A stretch of 64,000 nt of DNA from Fidelibacterota bacterium (lineage in GTDB: Bacteria > Fidelibacterota > Marinisomatia > Marinisomatales > JABMOV01): positions 1 through 64,000 of the forward strand of contig JBHHUC010000003.1 of NCBI GenBank assembly GCA_046861395.1, written 5' to 3'. The notes beneath the pieces are model-generated. The model made no database searches. It was not told where the DNA came from and was given only the letters and a program-made list of their open reading frames with translations. Position numbers and translations under genes: made by a program. Positions 10,980-21,550 of the stretch are shown in pieces; the stretch's first letter is position 1; each line of letters begins with the position of its first letter.

Positions 10980-11004
10980 CCAATCTATAAAGTAGGAGAA
11001 AACA

Positions 11005-12306
11005 ATGGGACCGATGAAATTGTATTTCGATGTTCGTGATATTTTTCGTGCGCCACGGTTAGCTCTCAGCGGGAAAAAAATATTCATCTTCACTGTGGCA
11101 ACTCTGATCGGATACGTTGCGTTCTGGCTCCTGGCCTATATTGCCATGGCGGCCTCCGGCATGGGCTTTTATGAGGCTTGGCAGCAATACGGTTTATACC
11201 CCTTCCTGGGATGTGCCACCTTATCTCTTTTTGGTAAAATCCTTTACTGGATCGGCACCCTGGTCCTGTTTTATGCCGTCAGTCTGGGATGTACCGCCGT
11301 TGCCCGGGTAACCTACAAGCAATTGAAGGGTGATGAATTCTATTCCGCCGGTGATGCGTTGAAATATCTAAAAAAACATTGGCATCCGGTCATCTTTACC
11401 TGGCTGTCATTTGTTCTGATCATATTTCTGTTCCTGATCGGTGCCGTGTTTTTTGCCCTTTTCGGTTACATACCATACATTGGTGAATTCCTGTTCGCCC
11501 TGCCCTATCTGCTATATTTCTTCGGCTCGCTCTTCACCCTATATACGGCTGTCGTTTTCCTGATTTCCTTCATTTATACCCCTGCCATTGTGGCTGCATA
11601 CGAAGAAGATACGATGGGCGCCGTTTTCCAGAGCTATTCCATTACCTGGTCTCAGCCCTGGCGGATTTTGTTATACCATCTGGTTCTTCTTCCCATTGCC
11701 GCCATTGGGTATTATCTGTTTGAATTATTCTGGTTTGCCAGCTATAAATTCATCAACATAGTATTCGGTATGGGCTGGGTAAAATCCGTATTCGGTCTGG
11801 AATGGTTTACCAGTGGCAAGCTGGCCCAAATCGCCACTTGGGCCTGGAACACGGTTAATCCCTTCACCTGTGACGTTACCAAAACATGCTGTGGTTCCAC
11901 CGTACATACCTGCAGTGACTGGACATTTTGTTCCTGGTTCGATATGGGTTCCACGACCCAGGTTGCTTCTCTGAGTGGGACTGAATATGTTGCCGGGTTC
12001 ATTATCGCAGTTTTCCTCTTTTTATTAATCCTATCCGTTATCGGGTATGTTTTATCCATCTTTTCCGTCGGGGAAGTCCTGATGTTTGTCATTTTCAAGA
12101 AAAAGACGGATGATGATAATCTGCTGGAACGAAAAGACGAAGAAGAGCTGGAAGAAGAGGACGATGATGAAGATGATCTTCTTTCCGACAATGATGATGA
12201 CGATTCAAGTGATGACAAATCAGCGGAAGAGGATACTACTGATGATTCCACCTCTGAAACGGAAACCGATTCAAGCGACGAAAAAAACGAATCTGACAAG
12301 GATTAA
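11005..12306 (+). CDS. Hypothetical multi-pass membrane protein with Cys-rich loop and acidic C-terminal tail
   Basis: RBS AGGAG, several hydrophobic segments, D/E/S-rich tail. Confidence 0.8.
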   Translation: MGPMKLYFDVRDIFRAPRLALSGKKIFIFTVATLIGYVAFWLLAYIAMAASGMGFYEAWQQYGLYPFLGCATLSLFGKILYWIGTLVLFYAVSLGCTAVARVTYKQLKGDEFYSAGDALKYLKKHWHPVIFTWLSFVLIIFLFLIGAVFFALFGYIPYIGEFLFALPYLLYFFGSLFTLYTAVVFLISFIYTPAIVAAYEEDTMGAVFQSYSITWSQPWRILLYHLVLLPIAAIGYYLFELFWFASYKFINIVFGMGWVKSVFGLEWFTSGKLAQIATWAWNTVNPFTCDVTKTCCGSTVHTCSDWTFCSWFDMGSTTQVASLSGTEYVAGFIIAVFLFLLILSVIGYVLSIFSVGEVLMFVIFKKKTDDDNLLERKDEEELEEEDDDEDDLLSDNDDDDSSDDKSAEEDTTDDSTSETETDSSDEKNESDKD

Positions 12307-12344
12307 ACGCTGTGGTTTGATTTTCCGTAGGCCTGTTTTTCCGG

Positions 12345-12373
12345 TTGAATAACAGGAGGTTATTCCTTAGTTT
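12345..12373 (+). promoter_or_regulatory. Candidate promoter of the yceD-rpmF-fab cluster
   Basis: TTGAAT-17 nt-TAGTTT just before ATG 12386. Confidence 0.3.
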
Positions 12374-12385
12374 TCTTGGCTAAAA

Positions 12386-12883
12386 ATGAAGCTATTACGA
12401 TCAGAACTTAACCGGGGGCTTCATGAAGAGCTATTTGAAATCCCTGTTGCAATTCTCGAAGACGATGAATGTACTTTTCTGAAGCCTGTATTGCAGTGTA
12501 CCGTTTCATCGCAAACGGTACCTACCGGTTTTAAACTCTTCGGCATGATTGACATGCCGATTGAATTGGTTTGCGATCGGTGCCTGGAAACGTTTTCCAG
12601 CCATTTTCATCCCCGGTTTGAAATCTGGCTTACGCCTGATCGACAAATTGCCGATGAATCATCGTTGGATATGCTGTGGTTTCCCGACTCGACCGATGAA
12701 ATCGATCTCACCACGGTATTTCATGATGTCATCCTGATGGAGATTCCTTTCAAGAAACTCTGTACAGGTTCGTGTCAGGGATTATGCGACCAATGTGGGA
12801 TAAATTTGAATCGCGACACCTGCACCTGTGAAAAACACAGCCGGGATCCGCGCTGGGATAAGTTAGAAAAACTGATAAACTGA
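12386..12883 (+). CDS. yceD: DUF177/YceD family metal-binding protein
   Basis: CDRCL, LCxxxCQGLCDQCGINLN...CTC, DPRWDKL; upstream of rpmF. Confidence 0.9.
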   Translation: MKLLRSELNRGLHEELFEIPVAILEDDECTFLKPVLQCTVSSQTVPTGFKLFGMIDMPIELVCDRCLETFSSHFHPRFEIWLTPDRQIADESSLDMLWFPDSTDEIDLTTVFHDVILMEIPFKKLCTGSCQGLCDQCGINLNRDTCTCEKHSRDPRWDKLEKLIN

Positions 12884-12904
12884 ATATGAGTGTTTGGAGC
12901 TGAT

Positions 12905-13087
12905 ATGGCACTGCCAAAAACAAGAATTTCCAAAGCCCGAGGACGCAAACGTCGTACTCATTATAAAGCGACTCCTGTCGCTGTCATGGATTGTCCGCAA
13001 TGCGGTTCGCCCAAGATGCCGCATCGTGCCTGTCCTGATTGCGGTTATTACCGCGGCCGACCTGTTATTTCCGCCAAGGAATCCTGA
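12905..13087 (+). CDS. rpmF: 50S ribosomal protein L32
   Basis: MALPKTRISKARGRKRRTH, CPQCG, HRACPDCGYY; start placed at ATG 12905 after GGAG. Confidence 0.96.
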   Translation: MALPKTRISKARGRKRRTHYKATPVAVMDCPQCGSPKMPHRACPDCGYYRGRPVISAKES

Positions 13088-13093
13088 TATCGG

Positions 13094-14098
13094 ATGATCA
13101 TCGCTGTGGATGCCATGGGGGGAGACTTTGCCCCGGCTTCCGTCGTACAAGGTGTAATCCAGGCCATTGCCACTACGACCGATACCTTTCAGATCCTTCT
13201 ATTGGGTGATAAAGAGGCAATTCGGCAACAGCTGGGCGATTTTCAATCTTCCCGCCTTGAGATATTACCAACGACTGAAATTGTCACCATGGATGACCGG
13301 GCCTCAAAAGTCATCAAGACCAAACCGGACTCATCCCTGGTCAAGGGAATCCGGTTGGTTCAGGATCAGGAGGCCGATGCCTTTGTCAGTGCCGGCAATA
13401 CCGGCGCTGTTATGACCACTTCCCTGCTCACCTACGGCCGTATTAAAAATGTAAAGCGACCGGCCTTGAGCGCCTATATCCCTACGTTATCGGGCGGAAA
13501 AATTCTCTGCGATGTGGGCGCTAATCCCGATGTCAAACCTTATCATCTGCTGCAGTTTGCCATCATGGCCAGTTACTATTTTGAACATATTGAAGGGTAT
13601 TCAAATCCCAAGATCGGCCTGATCAATATTGGCGCGGAAGAAACAAAGGGCAGTGAACTGTACCGGGAAACCCATCAATTGTTCAAATCCCAGTTACCGG
13701 GATTTATCGGCAATATCGAAGGGCGGAATATCATGGATTCTGAAGCTCACATCCTGATTTGCGATGGTTTTGTAGGGAACACGTTGCTGAAATTTGCCGA
13801 GGGATGGATAAAAATCTTCAGCGATGAGATCAAATCCAAACTGAGGGAAAATTACCGCTATCAGATCGGAGCCTACTTATTGAAACCCGTATTTAAATCA
13901 CTTAATAAGAAATTTGATTATGAAGAACATGGCGGTACTCCCCTGCTGGGCGTGAATGGATTATCCATCATTACCCACGGAAGTGCCGGGCCGAAAGCTA
14001 TTGCCAATTCCATTCTGGTCGCCCAAAAATGTATTAATGAAAACCTGGTTGGACATATTCAACAAAATGTTGAATCATATTTAGGAGTAATGAATTGA
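13094..14098 (+). CDS. plsX: Phosphate acyltransferase PlsX
   Basis: IAVDAMGGDFAP, VSAGNTGA, DVGAN, DGFVGN, LLGVNG. Confidence 0.96.
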   Translation: MIIAVDAMGGDFAPASVVQGVIQAIATTTDTFQILLLGDKEAIRQQLGDFQSSRLEILPTTEIVTMDDRASKVIKTKPDSSLVKGIRLVQDQEADAFVSAGNTGAVMTTSLLTYGRIKNVKRPALSAYIPTLSGGKILCDVGANPDVKPYHLLQFAIMASYYFEHIEGYSNPKIGLINIGAEETKGSELYRETHQLFKSQLPGFIGNIEGRNIMDSEAHILICDGFVGNTLLKFAEGWIKIFSDEIKSKLRENYRYQIGAYLLKPVFKSLNKKFDYEEHGGTPLLGVNGLSIITHGSAGPKAIANSILVAQKCINENLVGHIQQNVESYLGVMN

Positions 14099-15084
14099 GA
14101 GCTACGATCACTGCCAGCGCACGGTATCTGCCGGAACAAGTCCTGACGAACCATGACCTGGAAAAAATGGTTGACACATCCGACGAATGGATCCGCACGC
14201 GGACCGGCATTATTGAGCGACATGTTGTTGCCAAAGGTCAGGCCACAGCTGATATGTCCACCAGAATCGCCCGCCAGTTACTGGAGAAATCCAACACGGA
14301 TCCTTCTGAAATTGAGGCAATTATCGTTTGTACCGTCACACCGGATATGATATTCCCCTCCACAGCGGCATTGGTCCAGAACAATATTGGCGCAAAGAAT
14401 TCCTGGGGCTTTGACCTTTCCGGGGCTTGTTCCGGGTTTTTATTCGGATTGGAAACCGGGGCCCGGTATATCGAATCCGGGAAATATAAGAAAGTCATTG
14501 TCATTGGAACGGATACCATGAGTTCCATCCTGGATTATACTGATCGGAACACCTGTGTCTTATTCGGGGATGGGGCCGGGGGTGTATTGCTAGAATCGGC
14601 TCAGGACGATGAAGGAATTTTTGATTCCATTCTGCGCGTTGACGGCTCCGGCGGTGAATTCCTGAAAATGCCCGGTGGGGGCTCCCTCTACGGAACGTCT
14701 CATGAGACGGTGGATCAGCGCATGCATTACATTCAGCAGGATGGTAAAGCCGTTTTCAAGTTTGCCGTCAAGGGCATGGCTGATATCAGCGCCAAGATTC
14801 TGGAAAGAAATGGATTGGATGGCAAGGATGTAAAACTCTTCATTCCCCATCAGGCCAACAAGCGCATTATCGATGCCGCCGCGCAACGGTGTCATCTGTC
14901 CGATGACCAGGTTTTAATCAATATTGATAAATATGGAAACACAACAGCCGGTACAATCCCCATTGGTATTGATGAAGCCCGAGAAATGGGACGATTGCAA
15001 AAAGGCGATATTTTACTTCTGGCTGCTTTTGGAGCAGGATTTACCTGGGGTAGTATCCTGATTCGCTGGGGACAGGCTGTATAA
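14095..15084 (+). CDS. fabH: Beta-ketoacyl-ACP synthase III
   Basis: DTSDEWIRTRTGI, GACSGF, LFGDGAG, PHQAN, GNT catalytic motifs. Confidence 0.96.
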   Translation: MRATITASARYLPEQVLTNHDLEKMVDTSDEWIRTRTGIIERHVVAKGQATADMSTRIARQLLEKSNTDPSEIEAIIVCTVTPDMIFPSTAALVQNNIGAKNSWGFDLSGACSGFLFGLETGARYIESGKYKKVIVIGTDTMSSILDYTDRNTCVLFGDGAGGVLLESAQDDEGIFDSILRVDGSGGEFLKMPGGGSLYGTSHETVDQRMHYIQQDGKAVFKFAVKGMADISAKILERNGLDGKDVKLFIPHQANKRIIDAAAQRCHLSDDQVLINIDKYGNTTAGTIPIGIDEAREMGRLQKGDILLLAAFGAGFTWGSILIRWGQAV

Positions 15085-16010
15085 TGAGCACGGCATTACT
15101 CTTTCCCGGACAGGCTTCCCAAAAGGTGGGTATGGGGCAGGATATCTTCGAGCAGACTGCGCTGGGGAAAACCTATTTCGGCCTCGCCAATGAAATCATG
15201 GGTGAAGATATTACGGCCCTGATATTCAATGGTCCGGAAGAAAAACTGCGGCAAACCAAATATACCCAGCCGGCCATTTATCTGGTCAGTGTCCTGTTGG
15301 GCGAACTCCTGCTCGAAAACGGACAAGATCCAGATTGCGCTGCCGGACACAGTCTGGGTGAATATTCCGCCCTGACGATTGCCGGTGCTTTTAACTTCTC
15401 CACCGGGTTTAAACTGGTGAAAATACGGGCCGAAGCCATGTATCAGGCCGGACAAAATTCCCCCGGAACCATGGCAGCCGTTATTGGCATGGATGAAGCG
15501 GCGGTTACCGACTTATGCCGGGAAGCGTCTTCCGGGAATGAAATCGTTGTGCCGGCCAATTTTAATTCTCCCGGGCAAATTGTAATTTCAGGTACAGTTC
15601 CGGCGGTAAAAAAAGCAATTGAAATCGGGCGGGAATTCGGAGCGAAAAAAATAGTGTTGCTGAATGTGTCAGGGGCCTTTCATTCGCCCTTAATGACACC
15701 GGCCCGCGAAGCACTTGAAAAAATGCTCAATGAAGTGGAAATTCAGGACGTACGATTTCCGGTTTATGCCAATGTAACGGCGGAACCCACTATTTCCAGT
15801 GACGATATACGTACGTATTTAATCGAACAACTGGAACAACCGGTACAATGGGAACGAACCGTAAAAAATATGGTTCAGTCCGGCGTTTCTTCTTTCCTTG
15901 AAGTCGGACCCGGTAAAGTATTGCAGGGATTGAACCGGCGGATTGACCGTCGTGTCCCTATGTCCGGAGTGGAAACATATCAGGAAGTGATGGAAATAAA
16001 ACATGTTTAA
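15084..16010 (+). CDS. fabD: Malonyl-CoA:ACP transacylase
   Basis: FPGQASQ, GHSLGEY, VSGAFHSPLM, EVGPGKVL. Confidence 0.96.
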   Translation: MSTALLFPGQASQKVGMGQDIFEQTALGKTYFGLANEIMGEDITALIFNGPEEKLRQTKYTQPAIYLVSVLLGELLLENGQDPDCAAGHSLGEYSALTIAGAFNFSTGFKLVKIRAEAMYQAGQNSPGTMAAVIGMDEAAVTDLCREASSGNEIVVPANFNSPGQIVISGTVPAVKKAIEIGREFGAKKIVLLNVSGAFHSPLMTPAREALEKMLNEVEIQDVRFPVYANVTAEPTISSDDIRTYLIEQLEQPVQWERTVKNMVQSGVSSFLEVGPGKVLQGLNRRIDRRVPMSGVETYQEVMEIKHV

Positions 16011-16749
16011 TCTAGAATCCAACGTCGCCATCGTAACCGGCGCTTCTCGCGGAATCGGTCAGGGAATTGCCGAAGAACTGGCAGCTGCCGGTGCCACTGT
16101 CATCTGCGTAAGCCGTTCTGCTGATGCCGTTGCGAAGGTTGCCGGGAAAATTCAACAGGCCGGCCATGCCGCCGATTCCCGGGCCTGTGACGTCGCAGCG
16201 GCTGACTCCTGGCAGGAATTAGTTTATTACACCCTTGAGAAGTATGGTCATATTGATATCCTGGTCAATAATGCTGGTGTCACCAAGGATACGTTATTAA
16301 TGCGCATGTCGGAACAGGACTGGGACCTGGTTCTGGACATAAATTTAAAGGGGTCATTTAACGGTATTAAGGCCGTGACCCGCCCCATGATGAAGAACCG
16401 GTTTGGTCGCATCATTAATATTTCATCCGTAGTTGGATTAACCGGAAATGCCGGACAGGTGAACTATGCCGCGTCAAAGGCCGGTATCATTGGACTGACC
16501 AAAGCAACGGCAAAAGAATTGGCCTCCCGCGGAATCACCGTAAATTGTGTTGCTCCGGGATATATTGAAACGGATATGACAGAAGCCATTAACGAAAAGG
16601 CCAAAGCATTATTGCTGAACCAAATTCCCCTGGGACGGATTGGATCGGTAAACGATATTGCCCACATGGTACACTACTTATCGTCCCGGGAAGCCGGATA
16701 TATAACCGGACAAACATTTACCGTCGATGGCGGTATGACAATGATATAA
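16003..16749 (+). CDS. fabG: 3-oxoacyl-ACP reductase
   Basis: [23 protein letters not shown]. Confidence 0.96.
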   Translation: MFNLESNVAIVTGASRGIGQGIAEELAAAGATVICVSRSADAVAKVAGKIQQAGHAADSRACDVAAADSWQELVYYTLEKYGHIDILVNNAGVTKDTLLMRMSEQDWDLVLDINLKGSFNGIKAVTRPMMKNRFGRIINISSVVGLTGNAGQVNYAASKAGIIGLTKATAKELASRGITVNCVAPGYIETDMTEAINEKAKALLLNQIPLGRIGSVNDIAHMVHYLSSREAGYITGQTFTVDGGMTMI

Positions 16750-16763
16750 CAAAAGGAGGTATA

Positions 16764-16994
16764 ATGTCTACTTTCGATAAAGTAAAAGAAGTCATCGTAG
16801 ATAAATTAGGTGTTGAAGAAGATAAAATAACCATGGAAGCTTCTTTCGTGGATGATCTGGGAGCTGATTCCCTCGACACCGTCGAATTAATCATGGAATT
16901 GGAAGAAGAATTCGGGATTGAAATTCCGGATGAAGATGCCGAAGCCATGACAACCGTGGGAGCAGCCGTAGAATATATTGACAACAAATCATAA
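16764..16994 (+). CDS. acpP: Acyl carrier protein
   Basis: [12 protein letters not shown] phosphopantetheine site; RBS AGGAGG. Confidence 0.97.
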   Translation: MSTFDKVKEVIVDKLGVEEDKITMEASFVDDLGADSLDTVELIMELEEEFGIEIPDEDAEAMTTVGAAVEYIDNKS

Positions 16995-16998
16995 CCCT

Positions 16999-18246
16999 AT
17001 GCAGCAAAAACGAGTCGTCATAACAGGGCTCGGTGCCTTGGCACCAAACGGGAATGATGTTGCTTCTTTCTGGGCAGCACTCATTGCCGGTAAAAGCGGT
17101 ATCGGACCTATTTCTTCTTATGATACCGAGGGTCATATGGTAACCATTGCCGGTGAATTATCCGGCTTTGATCCGGAAGATTATCTTTCACGGCAGGAAG
17201 TTCGTAAACTGGATCGCTTCTCCATCCTGGCACTGATAGCGGCAGAACAGGCCGTGAAACATTCCGGGATCATGAGCAATTCCATTGATCCGGACCGGGT
17301 AGGCGTCATGCTGGGTACAGGTGTGGGGGGTATTCAAACACTGGAAGATCAGCATTCAGTATTCATGAATCGCGGTCCTAAGCGAATATCCCCGCAGTTT
17401 GTACCGAAAATGATTGCCAATATCGCCGCTGGACATATTTCCATCCGCTTTGGCTTCCAGGGCCCCAACCAGACGATTACATCAGCTTGTTCATCTGCCA
17501 CGGATGCCATTGGTATTGCCTCGCGGATTATTCGCTACGGTGATGCCGATATCATGATCACCGGTGGATCGGAAGCCAGTGTTACCCCCCTGACTATAGC
17601 AGGATTCGCCAATATGCGTGCTTTGTCCCGCAATAATGACCATCCAACGAGAGCGAGTCGACCATTTGAAAAGAATCGCGATGGTTTTGTACTGGGTGAA
17701 GGTGCCGGTGTTATTGTCCTTGAATCCTTGGATCATGCCCGCCGGCGGGGAGCAGTAATCCTGGCGGAATTGGCCGGTTATGGTGCTACCGATGATGCCT
17801 TCCATGTTACGCAACCAGCCTCCGGCGGAGCTGGTGCCGTCAAGGCGATGCGACGGGCGGTTGAGGACGCCGGGCTAAACCTAACTGATATCGATTATAT
17901 CAATGCCCACGGTACGTCCACTCCCTATAACGACCGCAACGAAACAGCCGCGATTAAGACCTTATTTGAGGATCACGCCGCTACGGTTAAAATCAGTTCT
18001 ACCAAATCCATGACAGGGCATTTACTTGGAGCAGCTGGCGGTATTGAAGCCATTGCTGCGGTCAAGGCATTGCAGGAACAAATCCTGCCCCCAACTATCA
18101 ATTATGATGAGCCGGATCCGGAATGTGATTTGGATTATACACCGAATACAGCTCAAAAGGCGTCCCTGAATACGGTTCTTTCCAATACATTTGGTTTCGG
18201 AGGACATAACGGCGTAATCTGTCTCAGGAGATGGGTGGAAGATTGA
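16999..18246 (+). CDS. fabF: Beta-ketoacyl-ACP synthase II
   Basis: RVVITGLG, TSACSS, INAHGTST, KSMTGHLLGAAG, FGFGGHN; start placed at ATG 16999. Confidence 0.96.
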   Translation: MQQKRVVITGLGALAPNGNDVASFWAALIAGKSGIGPISSYDTEGHMVTIAGELSGFDPEDYLSRQEVRKLDRFSILALIAAEQAVKHSGIMSNSIDPDRVGVMLGTGVGGIQTLEDQHSVFMNRGPKRISPQFVPKMIANIAAGHISIRFGFQGPNQTITSACSSATDAIGIASRIIRYGDADIMITGGSEASVTPLTIAGFANMRALSRNNDHPTRASRPFEKNRDGFVLGEGAGVIVLESLDHARRRGAVILAELAGYGATDDAFHVTQPASGGAGAVKAMRRAVEDAGLNLTDIDYINAHGTSTPYNDRNETAAIKTLFEDHAATVKISSTKSMTGHLLGAAGGIEAIAAVKALQEQILPPTINYDEPDPECDLDYTPNTAQKASLNTVLSNTFGFGGHNGVICLRRWVED

Positions 18247-18962
18247 GTAAGCTGGGGTTCTTCCTCGGGAAAATATTTCCAGCCAGGCATCGCTTTAAAA
18301 CTCTGGAATCAAATATTGGCTATCGTTTTAAAAATGTCAATTACCTGACTCAGGCGTTTACCCACCGTTCCATCGACCCCGAACCACGAAAAAATTACGA
18401 ACGCCTGGAATTCCTGGGTGATGCTGTCATTGATATCATTATCAGCCGTGCTTTAATGCGCGAATATCCGGTCGGGGATGAAGGTCTGTTAACGCAGAAA
18501 CGGGCGGCTCTGGTCCAGAAATCCTTCCTGGCCAACATGGGGAACCTGATCAATATTCTGGATTATCTAATTATCGATCCTACCGTTAATATGAGCGTAG
18601 AAAAAATTGCCGACCGCCAAAGTGCCAACTGCATGGAAGCTCTGGTGGGTGCCATGTACTTGGACGGCGGCATCCGTCCCTGTCGAAAATTTGTGCTCGA
18701 TACTATATGGCGTCATCGCTCCGAAGCCTGGAAATCTACAAATTACAAGGGCCGGTTAATTGAATTCTGCCATTCCCAGTCTATTGCCAATCCCCGCTTT
18801 ATTGTATCCAATGTCAGCGGACCGGAACATCAGAAAATGTTTGAAGTATTAGTGAAAATCGGATCCGACTCCTACCAGCCCGGAATCGGAAGCAATAAAA
18901 AAGCGGCCGAACAAGCCGCCGCCCAAAACGCCCTCGATTCCCTGCAGAGACAGTATTCCTGA
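18231..18962 (+). CDS. rnc: Ribonuclease III
   Basis: ERLEFLGDA signature and C-terminal dsRBD (GPEH...KKAAEQAAA); start may be TTG 18243. Confidence 0.95.
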   Translation: MGGRLSKLGFFLGKIFPARHRFKTLESNIGYRFKNVNYLTQAFTHRSIDPEPRKNYERLEFLGDAVIDIIISRALMREYPVGDEGLLTQKRAALVQKSFLANMGNLINILDYLIIDPTVNMSVEKIADRQSANCMEALVGAMYLDGGIRPCRKFVLDTIWRHRSEAWKSTNYKGRLIEFCHSQSIANPRFIVSNVSGPEHQKMFEVLVKIGSDSYQPGIGSNKKAAEQAAAQNALDSLQRQYS

Positions 18963-18966
18963 CTGA

Positions 18967-19539
18967 TCAGGAAAGGTTCAATGCTCTGATTTTATCCCGC
19001 AAAATGGCCGCCTTCTCATAATTTTCATTCGCAATGGCTTGGGCCATTTCCGCCTGGAGCGTTTCCAATGAAATTTTCTTAGAATCTTCTTCCGAACCGG
19101 GGATCGTGCTCTGACGTTTCCTTTCAATAAAGCCGGCCTCTTCCATCACATGACGCTGTATGAAAATCGGCGATTTCATTCTCAGTGCCACAGCGATACA
19201 ATCACTTGGACGAGCGTCGATATTGGCCTGTAATTTCGTTTCCTGGTTTTCCAGAATCAAACGGCTATAAAACACACCTTCAATCAGATCCGATACCTGC
19301 ACTGCAACCAGATTATACTGTAAATCGGATATTATTTTTGTCATGAGATCATGTGTTGTGGGACGTTCCGTGGAAGCACCCTCCAGTGCCATGGCAATCG
19401 ATTGAGCCTCAAACGGTCCCACCATCACCGGCATGATTCGGTCTGAGTCCACAGCCTTGAGAATCACAGCATAGGAACCAGAATCAGGGTGAAATCTTAA
19501 TCGATCTACTTTAACGGGAATAAGGATATCCATCATCAA
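18967..19539 (-). CDS. Bifunctional nuclease (DUF151) domain protein with UvrB/UvrC coiled-coil
   Basis: GPFEAQSIA, RPTTHDL, DARPSD, ENYEKAAILRDKI. Confidence 0.9.
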   Translation of the reverse strand: MMMDILIPVKVDRLRFHPDSGSYAVILKAVDSDRIMPVMVGPFEAQSIAMALEGASTERPTTHDLMTKIISDLQYNLVAVQVSDLIEGVFYSRLILENQETKLQANIDARPSDCIAVALRMKSPIFIQRHVMEEAGFIERKRQSTIPGSEEDSKKISLETLQAEMAQAIANENYEKAAILRDKIRALNLS

Positions 19540-20582
19540 TTTTCTTGCGCTAGTCTCTCTTTTAACATGGAAATTTTATGAACGGGCGTGGGATCGGTTC
19601 CATGTAAAACGGCACACCAGTAACTCAGCCAATCGGAAAGATGAATTAATTCCAGGAACCGGGTGAAATATGTGGTGGCCGTTCCGGAAAGATGGTATTG
19701 ATTCTCCGGTAATCCGGTCAATACTTCCTCCGTAATCATTTGTCGCAGCGTTACATGCTCATGATCGGCTTCATCCTGCAGCCAGATGAGAGAAATCTTC
19801 TTTAGAATTGCAGTATTATTTTCCCACCCGACAATTTCATTATGGTTTAATTCGGGAAGTTCGTTATAAAAGGCCAACATTTTACTGTTTTCAGCCAGCT
19901 GCCCTTTTAACCGATTGGCTACGACGGCCAGTGAATTGGTTTGAGCATAGATGACCGGGAGTGTCTGATACATATTTCGAGCCATGGTAAAAATGGAATT
20001 TTCCTCACTGGCCAGCGAAAATTCTCCGCGCACCCGACTCAGGAAATCAATCGTTTCCTGCAAGTTGGATAGGAAGGGTTTATCGAACAGTTCAAAAGTG
20101 TCCAGTAAAAATAAGGTGGGTATGAATGAATACGCCAGTGCAGCCCGGGGTTGCAATCCGGCAGGAATCGTGACTTTATCCAAACCATGTTCCGTTAATA
20201 CCCCCCCCAGTTTGCCACCGGTAGTTACACCGCAGATTTGGGCATTTTTTTCAAGGGCATCAGTAAAAGCGCTCAGCGTTTCTTCCGTATTTCCCGAATA
20301 TGAGGAACAGATGACCAGTGTATTTTCATTCACCCAGGACGGTAATTCATAATGCCGCGAAACGACAATGGGGCATTTCAGATGTCGCTCCATGAGACCC
20401 CGTATCACATCACCCCCAATGGCGGAACCTCCCATTCCAGCAATGACCACATTATTAACGGGTGAATAATCCCGCTTAAGCACAATGGACTGCCCAATGT
20501 CTAGCGCTTCCTTCATGTGATCGGGAAAGTGATAGATGGCGGCAAACATGTTTCCTGGATCATTCTTATCAACGGTCATCAT
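19536..20582 (-). CDS. Bifunctional phosphoglucose/phosphomannose isomerase
   Basis: GMGGSAIGG, SYSGNTEETL, TTGG, QPRAA, ENSK, PELNHNE. Confidence 0.92.
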   Translation of the reverse strand: MMTVDKNDPGNMFAAIYHFPDHMKEALDIGQSIVLKRDYSPVNNVVIAGMGGSAIGGDVIRGLMERHLKCPIVVSRHYELPSWVNENTLVICSSYSGNTEETLSAFTDALEKNAQICGVTTGGKLGGVLTEHGLDKVTIPAGLQPRAALAYSFIPTLFLLDTFELFDKPFLSNLQETIDFLSRVRGEFSLASEENSIFTMARNMYQTLPVIYAQTNSLAVVANRLKGQLAENSKMLAFYNELPELNHNEIVGWENNTAILKKISLIWLQDEADHEHVTLRQMITEEVLTGLPENQYHLSGTATTYFTRFLELIHLSDWLSYWCAVLHGTDPTPVHKISMLKERLAQEN

Positions 20583-21550
20583 TATTTCTTTCTCTTTAAA
20601 ACCATTTCGGTAAAATCATATAAATTTCGGCTTCCGGCTGCGATTCGGTCCAGTTCCTGATAAGCTTTATCAATGTAATCCCTGGCCAGATTCTCTGCTG
20701 TGGTCAGAATATCCCGTTCCTTGATAAAGGAATTCATTTTTCTTACCCGATCCACAACCGGCAGAGATTTCCAATCCAACCATAGTCGATCCCATTCCGA
20801 AGGGAATAAATCGCGCGCCATAATGGTAAGAACGGTTTGCTTTCCTGCTTCCACATCACTCCCCAGACTCTTGCCCATAATTCCTGCATCTGACACGATT
20901 TCCAGGATGTCATCCTGAATCTGAAACGCAATACCAAGATTCAACCCGAAGGAACGCAGGCAGGCCAGGACAGATGGTTCCTGATTCCCCAGGATCCCGC
21001 CCAGTTCGGCACACAGCCCGATCAACCAACCGGTCTTTTTCTCAATCATGAGAATATAATCATTCAGAGTTATACCTGATTTATTCTCAAATTCCTTGTC
21101 ATAGGCCTGACCTTCACAAACAATGAGGGTGGCTTTATTGAAAGCACGTACTGCCGCCAGAGGATTGGTTTTTACACGGCTCATGATCAATTGGGCTAAT
21201 GCATAGATCCCATCACCGGCCAGAATGGCAGTAGATTCGTCCCAGTGGATGTGAACCGTTTCCTGACCATGTCGCAATGTATCGGCATCCATGATATCAT
21301 CGTGAACCAGAGTAAAGTTATGCAGCAGTTCCACTGCCAGGCCGGCATGTAAGGTATCGGTCTCGTCCGCTGCGAATTCCGCTCCTGTCAACATCACGAG
21401 AATTGGTCGCAACCGCTTTCCCTCTCCTTTAGTGACGTATCGCACCGGATCGTATAAATATTTGGGTTGCTCCGGAATATCCAGGTCAAACAAAACCTGA
21501 TTCACATCGCTACGAAGTTGATCTACATGCTGATGAAAGGTTGACTTAAT
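20582..21550 (-). CDS. Polyprenyl diphosphate synthase (GGPP synthase-like)
   Basis: GKRLRP, first Asp-rich motif LVHDDIMD, ILAGD, EGQ, KTG, FQIQDD; start uncertain (ATT 21550 or GTG 21505). Confidence 0.9.
   Translation of the reverse strand: MKSTFHQHVDQLRSDVNQVLFDLDIPEQPKYLYDPVRYVTKGEGKRLRPILVMLTGAEFAADETDTLHAGLAVELLHNFTLVHDDIMDADTLRHGQETVHIHWDESTAILAGDGIYALAQLIMSRVKTNPLAAVRAFNKATLIVCEGQAYDKEFENKSGITLNDYILMIEKKTGWLIGLCAELGGILGNQEPSVLACLRSFGLNLGIAFQIQDDILEIVSDAGIMGKSLGSDVEAGKQTVLTIMARDLFPSEWDRLWLDWKSLPVVDRVRKMNSFIKERDILTTAENLARDYIDKAYQELDRIAAGSRNLYDFTEMVLKRKK

Noticed and set aside
11742..12299. Poly-Ser minus-strand ORF and GAT/GAA-rich low-complexity DNA
   Set aside because: Antisense of the acidic tail of the membrane protein, not an independent gene or repeat element
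12386..18962. fab cluster as a secondary-metabolite (type II PKS) locus
   Set aside because: Canonical housekeeping order from yceD-rpmF-plsX to rnc
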